Positions 26,567 through 55,800 of a DNA stretch of 64,000 nucleotides are shown piece by piece. Made by a program: the position numbers and the translations under genes. How positions within the stretch are numbered: position 1 is the first letter of the stretch; each line of letters begins with the position of its first letter. The notes beneath the pieces were generated by a model that was given only the letters and a program-made list of their open reading frames with translations, had not been told where the DNA came from and did not search any database. Source of the stretch: Bugula neritina (taxonomy: Eukaryota > Animalia > Bryozoa); NCBI GenBank assembly GCA_964035545.1, contig OZ037767.1, forward strand, positions 7,946,581-8,010,580. Direction: 5' to 3'.

Positions 26567-42043
<15,477 letters not shown>

Positions 42044-42518
42044 GTTGAGGTGTAGCTGCTGTATCTCTGTTAGCTGCTGATTCACATCTGATATTAGTTT
42101 TTATGTGTTACTCTGTAAGCTACATAGTTATATCTCTGTACAATGTAAATACTACTTCCTCCTAGCTAACTTGCTGTTAATTGAATAAGCATTTGGCATT
42201 AACCAAATCTCAACACTCTGACACTCATAGATAAACTATGTACACTTTTTGTGATCACAAAAGATGATAACTGTGGTAGCAAACTGTTTTGTAAATCATA
42301 TGCAGCTGCTTAAATATTGATAAAAAATAGACACAAACTAATAAAAATCATATAATTATGTGATTATATGTATGTTCTGAAAGTCAGAAACTGTTTTGTC
42401 TGTCTGTTTGCGCGTTGAGTTTTTGATAGAGAAGATGCTAATTCGCAGACTCTTAAGTAAATGTTGAATAATTATTTTTAACTACTTTTTAAAGTTAACT
42501 ATTTGTAAATTTTGCTTA
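42044..42518 (-). promoter_or_regulatory. Gene B 5'UTR/promoter
   Basis: Homologous to 25464-26100. The homology ends at the SINE at about 42521. Confidence 0.55.
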
Positions 42519-42520
42519 GT

Positions 42521-42727
42521 TAGGGGTTAGAGCGTTTGCCTAGTAAACACAATGTCATGATTTCAGACCCGACAAAAGCCATTTGTGATGTTTAAAAGAG
42601 CATCTATTCATAATTGCTCCTGTGCCTCATATGAATATTTCAAGTCTTTAGCCCGATTTAACACAAACCCTTCTATCAGGGGTTTTCTGACAGAGATGAT
42701 GACTATATAAACTTTGGCAAGTTTTTA
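42521..42727 (+). mobile_element. SINE copy upstream of gene B
   Basis: Colinear with 39110-39314. Confidence 0.75.
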
Positions 42728-42734
42728 GTTATCA

Positions 42735-45050
42735 TTACCACGCTATTGAAAAAAATTCTTATAGCCAAGTATCTGCCAACATTGTCAGAGGGCTCAAAAT
42801 TTCATGTTACCATAACTATAATATTTTACAACCTTTTATGAATAATGCATAAATTTCAAGCAACATTATAGTATTATTTATATACAAGTTGGTTCACAAA
42901 ATATTATAAATTGCTCTTTGCATTGGCAACGCTTTGCAAAATTTTGTCAGAAATTGTCTATGCTCTGCAAGTTTACCATCACTGTCAAACATCTATGCAA
43001 CACTACATAAATATGGTCATATTACTTCTTCATGTTGGTGAAACACTTTATAAAGCACTATTCATAAGCTATGAGCAACAAAAAGTTATCTATGTTTAAT
43101 CAATTCATTTAATGCTGGTCACAAGATTCAATTCACACTCCATTGTCAATACATTATGATCATTGAATTGTGTTATATAGGCCCTATGTTTTTAGCATTG
43201 TAAACAATTCTTGTATGGTGGGATAGATAATCAGCAAAAATATATATATAGGGCTTGCTGCCAGATGAATCAAGTTATGTTGGTCGGTTAATAGGAGAAA
43301 TTTCAATATGATATACATTCGTTAACCTGTATTCAGAGACAATGTTTGTATAACATAGCTTCGCATAATTGGTTTTTTTCTGAAAGATTATATTAAATAT
43401 GCCTTAGAAGGTCAAGTTTTTTCAACTGCTTTTCAGCAAGGTTTTAGCCAATTATTGGTTACCTTTGAAAAGAAGTTTTCCGACTACATTTTAAAAAAAT
43501 AGGGCATCCAACAACTCGCCAGTATATACTATTCAAGTAAGCTCTCAAAGTCTAGCATTACTCAAGTGAAGAAAGCTATTCATTCAAGAGAGCCAAATAC
43601 ATGCATTATGAGGTCCTCATTAATTTAGTAATAAATCTACAGTTTACAATAATTTAGTTTGATTATCTCAGAGCAGCTGCTGTTTGCAAGTGATTTATTC
43701 TTGATAACTAGTCTTTGCTGTACTTCTTTGTATATATAAATTTGCCTAAATAACAATTTTATCGCACTCTGTATAAACTCAGCAACAATGAAATGCAGGT
43801 AGTTGGTAAAGGCTGTGATAACGAAAAAATATTTTTTATAAATCTGACATTTGCTGTGTTTTACAAGTCATCCCTGCATTTATTGTGATTACACTCACAA
43901 TGGTTATGTAAAGGCAATTCTAACTCTTTTGATACAGCATTATATAAGTGACGTATTTGTATTAAGTTGTTTATTTTTTCAATTAGTACATGTTGTTAGA
44001 ATGGAAGTTTGATGACTTCACATAATAGCTGTCCTAGTATAACATTTTCATTTAGGTGCAGTAGTGGAGAATTTGAGATAACCTAATTTCTTTAAACTTT
44101 TTTTGCAGATTTTGGTTTTGGCCCGGGTTGAAATTTTTGTGAGAACATAATTTCTTTTGCTACATTTCTAATTTCTAACACAGGATGTTCTCAATTTCTC
44201 CATTACTGCGCTTAATTCAATATTTTATCATATTAGAAATGATAGCTAAACTAAAGAGCAAGTCACAAGCAACATAGACCAGTCAAACCATGGGTTAAGG
44301 TCTTCTTCTGCATAAAATTATAACCATCAACTTACTTGCCATAAAAGTAAACTGTCTTAAATTTATATGGTTGCATCATCATTGCTTTTCACTGTTTCAA
44401 ATTAAGCAACTGGGTTGTTTGAGAAGGGCATTCTCAAAAATCCAGTTGCATCGGAAAAAACTATAACCAGAGCTTAACGCAAGCTGCAACCACAAATTCA
44501 TTCGAAAAGATCCATTTGTAGAAATGTAAAACATATTTGTACGGTCCTTTACTTTGTGTTCTCAACATCTTTTGGTATGTGTTCTCTTTTGTTTAGTAGA
44601 CTGTCTCATGCATAAGTTCTGTATTATTATACAACTGCAACTACAGCTATGGCCACTGCTGGTGTCAAATTGGGCAGTATAATAAAGAGATAGTTTCACT
44701 GCTATATTATTTAACATATTGCTTGGCTTTTAACATTCGACTTATACAATAGCTGTTGCAATCTTGTAAAGTAATTATTGAGCAAAGCATGGGAATTTTG
44801 CTTCTAACATTTACAATATCATTTTGGTTCCTCCTCTATAATCATCTCTTGAGAGTCAACCACTCTAAACATTCTCTCTATGAAGGAGTTGAAACTGTTG
44901 ATTTTGTCACATGTTGATGCTCATAGTAGCTGCTGTTGTAGTTATTGCTGCTCATGATAGAAATTGAAGGTGTCCCATTAAAGACCATGCAGTCCAATAG
45001 CAATCAAAAACATTGCTGAGACTACTTTTCAATAAATTATAGTTGGTATT
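42735..45050 (-). pseudogene. Heavily decayed hAT-superfamily transposase relic between genes B and C
   Basis: Frameshifted traces in the expected order on the minus strand: S..TAQF (~44680), DDAT (DNA motif, ~44380), C..L*LAI (~44250), YILAS..DP.F (LDPRF-like, ~43510), KFLSP.T.AD..FFSIA (dimerization motif, ~42760). Read by eye only. Confidence 0.5.
44052..44215. mobile_element. Short MITE nested in the hAT relic
   Basis: TIR ttaggtgcagtagtggagaatttgaga / tctcaatttctccattactgcgcttaa. Confidence 0.6.
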
Positions 45051-46028
45051 AGAATAAGAAGCAACAAATGCCTATGATGATGAGTATCGGAAAAGTTTAT
45101 AGCATGGTTTACAGCAAGGAAGAAACATGTTTTTTCAACTATGCTATGTAGGTATATAATAAGTGCTATAATGTATTTAAAAACACTGTTACATAAGCGT
45201 TTTGAAAGACAGTTTATATAGTGAATAAATTATCTGACTAGTCAGCACAGATTTGGTATTGTAGCAGCAAAAAATACATTCTATTCTCTTTAGCATTAGA
45301 TTGAATATGCAAACATGAGAATATAACTAGTGTCACTATGTCAATTAAATTACAGGAACAACAATAATTGTGATCTCATGTATCAGCATTTCAACTTTGA
45401 ACTTCCTCTTTACTAGACTGATTAGTAGTTCTATATAGCAAGCAGTACAGACAAATAATGCATCTATTAATGCCACAGTGTCTATATATCAAAATTCAAC
45501 ACAGCCTTTTCTCTAGGATTAAATTTCTTCATATCTTTATCAAACAATAGGTGTAATTATCTATTTCACATCTCAAACATAGCAGTTCAATAATCCATTA
45601 TTTTGTGGCCTTTTCTTTAATCATAGTGTACTTGTATATGCTTGCAAACATATTATGTCCCAGTGTGAATTTTTCAATTGCAATCATTAGATTCTGCTCC
45701 ATTTTGTTCAATGACCAAAAAACTAGGCAAACTATATCAAAACATCATAACAAGCCTAAAAATGTGATGATAATTGATTATAATACAAGGTAACCTTTAA
45801 ACAGCAATTTTGTAATTCTATAAAAAAATGTTTTATGTACAGTAAAATAATTGCAAATATTTGACTGTTTTGGCATATTTACACCTTAAATTAATATACT
45901 ATTATTTTATAAAATTATCTAAATTTCTAATTTCAAATTATACACTAATTATAGTCGTATTATATAGTTATGCTAGTTATAGCTGCATCTGTTATCCTTA
46001 TTATATGATGTTATATAAACTCACAACC

Positions 46029-46182
<154 letters not shown>

Positions 46183-46634
46183 GCTGTAAGAATAACACAA
46201 GCCATGCAGAGTAACTTTTAACCCAAGTAGTATAAACATAGTTGATTCCAAAAGAAACAGCCTGCAATGGCAAATAATATTAATGCATTGGCTATATTGA
46301 ACCAGTTTACAGTGGCAAATATATAGTTGCATGAGATGTCTATTAAAAATGTCATGGGGCTTTTTATGACAAGCTTTGTATTAGAGAAACTGTGTGAACT
46401 AAGTTCTAATTAGTAGCAGGCTAGTTATTGGCTAGTAACCAGTCTAACTATTTTGGACTGCTTGATTGTAACCACATCAACATAGTTTTATCTGGGCGTA
46501 GCTTTTATACTTGAGTGGCTAGGAGGTAATAAGTTTTACAACCACAGCTATGACCTTTGTGTGATAATGCAAGTGTATGAATAGATAAGGTTATCTACCA
46601 GTGACAGGCTGTTGAAATTTGCTTACTGTCAAGA

Positions 46635-46776
46635 GGCTATTTATTTAACAGCAAGCTACAAGGAAGTATGCTTTCATAGTGTAGAGATACAGCTATGTAG
46701 CTTACAGAGTAACACAAATAAATTATCATTAGATGTGAACCAGCAGCTAACAGAGATACAGTAACTACTCATCAAC
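46635..46776 (+). promoter_or_regulatory. Gene C 5'UTR/core promoter block conserved in A, B and C
   Basis: Shared AGGAAGTA...CTATGTAGCTTACAGAGTAACAC...CAGCAGCTAACAGAGATACA...CAACATG. Confidence 0.55.
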
Positions 46777-46852
46777 ATGAAGAAAAGTCTAGTACTGAGA
46801 TTCTCTATCATTCTTTCATGGATTAGTTATCTTCACTTTGTAGAGTGTCAAG
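46777..46852 (+). CDS. Gene C exon 1, signal peptide (MKKSLVLRFSIILSWISYLHFVECQG)
   Basis: ATG at 46777, donor G|GTAAG at 46853. Peptide identical to gene A exon 1. Confidence 0.85.
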
Positions 46853-49800
46853 GTAAGGATTATGACAGGAAATTTCATATTATTTGTGAAGACTATTATA
46901 CTGTTCCATAGCATTTATTATTGAATAATGCAGTAGTGGATTTAATAACGCACAGTTCAACGTAAACTACAACGATCTGGATTTAGGCCCCTATCTCAAT
47001 TCTAAATAATAGGTACGGTAGGTATCAAAGACAGGTGGTGAGAGTGAAAATATATTGTAATTGTATGATAATATGTGCTTATATAAGTTATAGCTCTGCA
47101 GTGAGCATAGTTTTAGTAAAGCGTACATCACAGTAGCATGATACCTGTATCAGATTCTGAAATATTCTACACTGCTGCAAAACCTAGTCTGTCTATTATT
47201 GAGCAGGTCAAACATTTGTATCTCGAAATTGACAAAACTCTGCACAAAGTCAAATGTATTTGACAAAATATTTTGATTATTTTTTAGCTCATGCAATAAA
47301 ATATAGTTTTGTAACACACAGAAAATCACACGCAGCTACATTATATTTTTATGCATTTAAATGCTGGTCTCCATTTGTAAGTGACTTTTACTGTTTAAGT
47401 ATTTAATCAGCTCCACCTGAGTATGTGCATATATTATATAGGTATCATAATTCATTGGCCATATACTGTATAATATGCTGTCAGAGTTACCCATCTAGAC
47501 TGTATTAATGTGCAGCGTCACAGCTCACAACTATAATAGTTAGTTTGAAACGCTCCATAATGGTTGTTTTGTGAAATAAATTGTGACCTATAGCCACTTA
47601 ATATATGAAACTTAGAAATTATTAGCTAACGATTCTTGCACTAATCATACAAACAAAAACAGTATAGGATATAATCCAAAAACGAAAATACAAAACTTAA
47701 TTAATACTGGTGCAGCTGATAGCCGCTAATGTAACCAATGTTATTTAGTAATTATTTCAACTAGATAATTATTATTATATGTTATTTTAGCTAAATCGTT
47801 TTGAATTTGGAAACAATTTTGGATGAACTATAAGTTATCAGGATGAAAATTTTGTTATTACAGCAACCTTATATCACTGCTCTAAGCTTCATCCTTGTTC
47901 TACAAATATATATATATATAGAAATAATAAAATTATGATCACAAGAAATGATGCAAGGCTGGGTATGTATGATTAGCACTCAATGTAATCTCAGTTTTAT
48001 TATTAAATAGTTATCGGACTAAAAACCTATAGTGTGATCACAACCCTTAGCCATCATATATTGATATGCAGTAGTCTGCATGTATGCTCTGTAACTTTTT
48101 TTGCATTATGCATTACACACCTACCTGCTAAGAAGACTGCACTAAATTGCATTAATTTGCTTTAGCATATTTCTATGTACTCTTCAAAGCCTAAAATTTC
48201 CTTAGAAATAAAAAGAAATAAAATTCAATTTTATATTGCCTAATGTTGTCAAGTTTCTTGAAAGTCTTGTTTTATTCACAGCATTGTAACTGTAACTTTT
48301 TGAGTGAAACTGAGTCAAGTTAAGTTGTAAAACCAATACTGATATTTTACTTCGAAGATGAGCTATGAGGTTGCCATTCAACAATATTTCTATCTAATTA
48401 CTGTTAACCACAAATTATTTCAGTCTTACATTTGATTTAGTAGTATTTAAACTTCTGTCTATAGTTAAAAATACCTCCCAGTGGCTGCGGGCAATGTGAT
48501 TGGTGGTGTTTGTAGCTATAGCATATATTATATAAACAACTTGGAACAAATTGAATTCTGAGCAGCTAGTCATTAGAATAACAATCTTTTTACAAAATCA
48601 TAATTTTCAACCCCAAATGAATGCATTATACTACTTTTACAAGCCTTTAATTATTCCTAATCGCATTTTGAGAGCTAAATTATTTTGGGAATTTTTAAGT
48701 TTCTAATTTTTATGAAAAATATACCTCAAGCTTGAAGCCATATACAGCTTACAAGTGCTAATTGAGATATAGGTACAGCAATTAATAAGTTTAGGCTAGC
48801 CTATATACGTCATGAATAGGATATATATAGCAAATGGAATTTTAAACCTTTTTTAACCAAAAATGTATTGCTAGAATCAAAGAACTCAGGCTATAATCTT
48901 TCACCATCACTGCACCTGTATGTAATTATGTAATTGCAACACAACACCAATCTAATTGTCATTATTCACTTTATGACAAATTCAGTTAGGAAATATTTTT
49001 TCAGTCCACTTGTCATACAGTATATGGCAGTATTATAAAGTTACAGCATTATATAGGGTTGAATGTCAACTAGTTAATTAATTAGTTATTTATCTGATAT
49101 TAAATTCGTATTCAATATGTATAATTACCTGCACCATCTCATACTGTCCTCAACTCTTCTTACAATAACAAAATAGAAAAACATCAAAAATTTTCAAAAG
49201 GAGGGGAAGCAATTGTTTATTATCTTTATGTATATTATTATGTATAATTATTATGTATTATATAATACTATGTACATTATATTATGCACATTACATTCTT
49301 ATACATTATTTAATTACATTTTATCTCAAATGCATACATGTATGTTTTTCTTAAGGTTTTAATATTTTGACAAGAACTAAACTGCTATTTTTTAGAGGCT
49401 TCTGGTTGATGATAACCATTGCCTCTCCTCCACTGTAGACTGCATGTATGTTAGTTATCTCCTCCTTTAGAGCTACTTAATCATACGTATAGTTTTAGAT
49501 AGGCTGTAGCATGCTAGTCTATATTGAAATGCAGACTTTGCAAGCTGCTATACCCTCTAGGCACACTTTGACTTAGGTTGTGATAGCTGCCATCCATTTT
49601 TAAAAATGTACAACGTTACAGTACATCAGCATCTAGCACTGCTTGATTAAAACAAGTTGGATAGGGCTCCTATTGGACAGGGAGACGTCATTAAATATAA
49701 ATGCCCAATGAGGTGTCATAAATCGGACCCAATAACAAACTTTGAGTTTAGAGTTTAGGAGTTCAATGTATCTGCTGCACAATTGAACTCTTGGCCCTTT

Positions 49801-52800
49801 CACACCCTGACCACCATCTTTGCACTAAAAATAAAAGTTCTATAATAATCACCGATGGTAGGAATTACACTTATATCGATAACCTTTGACTATGACCAAT
49901 GGTGCACCAGCGATTTTAGCTTTGAGACCAAAGTTAATCAGTAATCAAATGTTTTTGTAGATTGATTTTTTGCGTGTTTAAATACACATGTCATTATACT
50001 ACTATTACATACTAATTTTTGAAAAGAAAAAATCCTCAACTATAAGTGACATAATGATCAGTGATTTAATTATATCTGCCTCTCATATATTTTTGATATA
50101 CATTTAGTTGCTTTTTGTGGTAATTATATAACAGTATTTGACTATACTAGTAAATGTTTTTAACTTCTAGCTTATATTTTGCATTCTTAATTTTAAATAA
50201 ATTGGCAATAGCTACGATGACATTCAACATAACACAGCCAGGTTTTATTTAGCTATGTAGCTTGATATACATAATTGGTTATTTTTGTCTCTTACTAAGT
50301 TCTTGGTTTTAAGTTTGATAATGTTAAGTGCAGTGCTTGTGTCAATTGGTGCTGCTTTGTTAAAATCTAAACTTTGCTTAAATATGTGCCGATAATGCTT
50401 TATTTAGAAGTTTCTCATACTATAAACATCTCAGCCCCTCCTGCATTCACTCAGGTTAAGTGCTTATAGCAGCCTAACTGCTATAATATATATTTTTCTC
50501 TTTCCTCTGATCACCTGATTTTCAATTATGTGCATATATTAGTATCAAACTCATTATGTGCATTTAATTCTAAATAATAATATCAAAACTTCCTTTATGT
50601 AGTTACCAATTAGTTCAAGTTTGTAATTGTAGTTACAATATGCATGGAACTTTTGGCGTGTAATAAATTTGACTATGGAACTATATATTTTCAAAACAAT
50701 GTTATACTCAGTTGAGTACAAAATCATGCATATTGTACAAAGCAATTTCGGTTTTTAGTATGAATGGTGCCATTGTAAAAATAATTTTAATAAATTCAGA
50801 ATAATATTATTTTGCTTCTGTTGATTTTAGGTTCCAGACTGCAGGGAGCTGCTGATCAGATCAACTCAAATGATGATCAACACTGGGCTATCAAAGCAAA
50901 CAATGATGACTACAGCAGCTTCTCTTGGACTAGTTCAAATAGTAATGCTTGGTGGAGAATACAACTTAATGGAGGACCAAAGTTAGTCAGTAAAATAGAA
51001 ATACACAACAGACCTAGAAATGCTGGAACCCACCAGTGTGAGTTTATGATATTATAGTCATGATTATATTACAAAGCAGGATAGTATAAAACCATACAAT
51101 GAAAGTGCTATATATTCAATTTATGTTTAATGACTATGATGGACTGTGTAACTTGCGACTTTGTATTTCATATTGTAGAACTAATATTCATACAAAAATA
51201 ACAGAATAGTTAGATAATATATTATTAATAAGGGATAAAACAAAGATGCTATATGACTGTTACAATAAATCACTCCACTCACCTGATTGCAGATAATGAT
51301 TTGGCAAAGATATACATTCTTACTTCAAATGCTACGCTAGAGAAAAGTAACCTAGCTCATAGACCTTCACCAACATCTCAGTATTGGACTACTCAAAGTT
51401 ACCAGGAAGAACCTTATGGACCTGTTGGCATCATACAGCTCAACCCTCCTGTGTCAGCTACATGGGTGGCTGTGTTTAGTGAGAATAATGCTCAGCTGGC
51501 CTTAGCACAAGTGGAAGTATATAACTCACGTGAGTTTTTTTTAAACTGAACAGATGAAACAAGCATAGGATATTATTACATGCTTGTAGAATGCAAACAA
51601 AATGAGCTGATTTCAATAAATAACTTCAATGTACTCGAGTTTAGAGTCTAGACTCTAGACTGTCCTATAGTTGCCTCATATAATTTTGCATGCCTGACAA
51701 ACTAGAGTAATTTGGGTTATACATATTTTTTTAATGATCCACCGACATTCAATTGAAGGAGAAAAATTTAATTGCACTTTGATTTAATATTTTGCTGGAA
51801 TCTAAACAACTAATTGAAAAATTTCTAGGCTAACTCATTGAATTGAAAAGTAATTTCTATCAAAAGCTCAAATTTTTTTACAAATACATCTAAAGTGAAC
51901 TTAGAATAGTTTTCAGCATCTTGATAGGTTGTCAAAGTATAACATATACCTTTTAATGAATATTGAAGATGCCAAAATGATATTTTTCAGCTGATAGCTT
52001 TATAAAATGTATTTATAAGACTTAGTATGATAAAGGTTTCGGTTTTTGGCTTCATTTTGTATATATACTTGCTTGATAGTATACAATAGGTGTTGAAAAT
52101 AACTTATGAATTTGAAAAAAATAGGTTTTGTGCAGACGTTTGAATATTTCTCACATAGAGTGATGTGCAGAATAAAAAAACCCATCATTATTACTTGCAG
52201 CTTTTCAACCCCCATCTTTAAATCTTACACTTGCTAGTACTGATGTAGACAGTGTGACACTCACCTGGACACCCGTTACAGCTCAAAATTTTGCACGTTA
52301 TGAGGTAAGCATTAAAAGCTATTTATCTAAGAAGCAAAATAAATTCTGTCAGTATTTGTTAGATGAGTTGTCTTCTTTTAAGTTATTTAGGAATTTTGTG
52401 TGTAAAATGATGAAAAGTTATAGCAGTTTGTTTTCAAAATCTTTTTAAGAAAGTCACATGAAAAAATTGTGAAAATCTTACTTTTTTAGCAGAATGAAGC
52501 AAAAACACTTTCTTGATATTCAAAATTAAAAGCTTCACTTATGCTTTTACTGGAAACAAACTGTCAACTAAGATTATGATTAAGCGAGAGAGAGTTCATG
52601 TTCACAGTATACTGGTCAGTGGAAGGGAAAAGCACTATAATTTTAGTGCTGCTATTGCTTCTCCTGATAACACAGAACACATTTAAACGTCTATCATTTT
52701 GATATTGCCAAAAGTCAGGGTTGAATTTTTAGTATTCAAATTTTATAGTAGCATTTTAATTGTTCACCAAAAATACCATCACTATAACTAAAAATGGGTG

Positions 52801-55800
52801 CTGAGTATATGGTATGGTATATATGTGTTATAAGTATCTTAACTCTTTGCTCTAATAAACTTGTAGTACAAATGTACTAATAAAGACTGGATAGTTCACA
52901 ATGGTAATGGAGTGCTGCCAGTAACTGTAAGTGGATATGGAAGAGAGACTGATGTTGTGTGTACAGTCATTGCTGTGGTAAACTCTGGTGAAAGTCAGCA
53001 AAGTAGTGCAGCCATTACTACTGGCAGTGCAAGTGAGTTGATAATTGTTTCCTCTATTCACCTGTTAAACTGTCATGGAAGCAAAGGATCTCTTCCTTGA
53101 TCTGTGAGAGTTTACATAGATTCACTTATCCAATGGTTTCAATTGGGCTCCAGGTTCTAATTATTTCAAAGCAGCTTATAATATGTTTATCAAACTATAT
53201 ATATATATTTTGTATAGTGTATTTATTCAATAAATACTAAGAGAGCAATAATTCAGCTAGAATCTAAAAGTAAAACTATAGTAAACTTGTTGGTCCAATT
53301 CTCTGCTGGTTCAAGTGTGATGGAATGAGTTTCAGTTTTTCAAAAAATTACAAAAGCTCTATAAGCTGTGAATAACCAAAATTAGAGTATAGTTTTACAT
53401 TTGAAATCTAATCAAAAATATTTTTTTATTTTGCTATGAAATTAAGTTAGCTGAACCCTTCCTTAGTGGCATGTAAATTCAATTAGTTCAACACTTATAG
53501 GTTTAAAAGACATTTTTTTAAAAATGGGATGTACATGTATACTTTGTATGATAAACCGTTTATATTATTACTTAAACTCTGTTTTAGGATCTGTTAACAT
53601 TGCAAGGCAAGGGAAAGCTAATCAAATTAACTCTCTAGATAACAATGAAGCATATTATGCTGCAAGCGGAAATAATGGAAACTATATTGATTTCTCACAC
53701 ACAGACTCAAATGATGGTTCCTGGTGGAGAGTGGATCTACACAGTAAATTCTTTATTGGGAGAATAGAGTTGTTTAACAGACAAGGAAGGGATTCTAATG
53801 GTCCTTACTGTTAGTATAATCTTAAGTTAAATGACTCTTGGTCTACATTTTGAAAAGCATATTTGTAGTACTTATTCTAACCCCTGGCACATTTTTCTGG
53901 GTTGAACGCATTGTATTGATTAAAACTCTCAGTGCAAATATTGATCAATTTATACACATTTTATTTGTATTTCACTCAAATTTAATTGTTTTGACAATAT
54001 AATTGTGATCAACTATGTAGGTGGAGCATAGCATATTATTATGACAATCTTTTTACCACAATTTTTTGCCATGATTTTCAATATAAATTTCATTTAATAA
54101 AAGTTGATTTACTTGCTACCACTCAGTCAGCTGCTTTTTTAAATATAATTGAATTATTTGCCACCTGTCTTTAACTTACTATATCATTTACTGTTCATGT
54201 TGTTTTATTCAGATGACAGACTAGATAACATATCTATTCTGACATCAACAACAAACTCAGTTCCACCATGTCGCAACTGTTTGCAATGGACAGAGCAGAG
54301 CTATCAAGTCGAACCTTATGGTCCAGTTGGTATCATACAGTTCAACCCACAGATATATGCCAGATATGTAGCTGTATACAGGTCTACACCTAACAGTGCT
54401 TTAGCTTTAACTGAAGTAGAAATTTATGTGTCAGGTAAAAAAATCAATTGTATTAAATCCGGTTCCTTTCATTCGTCATTTATATGTCTTGTAAATAATT
54501 TTAGTAACAATGGATTACTAGTAAAACAGATTTATCAAGGTTTCTGTTGTATACAAACTCTGTCTGTTAAAGAATGCAAACTTTATTTTACTGGAAACTT
54601 TATTATGGCTAGTTGTGCAATGAGTCAAAAAAAGACTTTTAACTGAAAAATAGTCATTATCATTTCAACAGCGTATCTCAGTTTATAAAATGATTTTAAT
54701 TTAATGAAATTATAATATAATGAACAATAAATGTCTTGCATATGATGTAACACTAGCAGTCTAAAACACTGTCACCAGTGTACAGATTATAAGACTGCTA
54801 TTTTCACTTGTGTAATTTTGCTTCATGCACTATTAATAATTGGTTTTAATTTTCATGTATATAGTCACATGATGACATTGATAGGGTTTTAATTGACAGT
54901 TTTAATTGGCAAATTGTTAACAAATATAAATAATTTAATTGAAAAATGCACTGCAACATAAGTTATTATGTTTTTTCATGACTCAACTATGTTGAGTGCC
55001 ATGATAGAAATTTCTAACTGAATATAAATATAGTTTGATTATTGTAACAGAATGTTTATTTATATAATCTTATATTTGGCAGTATCAGTTGATGGAATGA
55101 TAACACTGACTCTTTCACCATGTGGCAGCACTTGCATTAATTTGGAATGGACAGCATTACAAGGAAGTAATGGAAACCTCTTAAGATATGAGGTAATTGC
55201 TGTTGGTTATATATGTGATATAGGAGCTATACCATTAGGAACTATGTTTAAGGTTATAAGATTTAAGCTTGTCAAAAATATGGTTTTGCTAGTTAAATGG
55301 TACATAATTATGCATGCTGCAAAATATTATTAAACAAATTTCACTGAACTGCAAATTTTGTATGTGTTTTTAAATTACAAATAATTTGGTACTTAAGATG
55401 AACTCAGCTGCAAAAAAATCAGTGTTACATGCCTATAGAGTTCATTTATGTGTGTGCGAGTGTGAGTGTTATATTATATGTGAATAGTGCTGTTGATAAG
55501 TGCTACTTTCATACTGTAAGTGTAACAAAAAAGTATCTTGATTGAACCAGGCTCTAGCATTCTGACAAGGTATACCTGTTCAAGTTTCCTGATCACAGTC
55601 ATCTCCAAATCTTAATAATAGAAAAGTTACAAAACATACAAACATCATTACACACTTTTCATTCACAACTTATAATTTCTACTATAAGTGTAATCAGTAT
55701 TGTTAGAATAGCCGAATGTTAGTGTATTAGAGTGATTCTTCCATAGTGTATAAGTTTGTTAGAAAAGTTTTTGAATAAATGTAAAACTCAGCCTATAGTG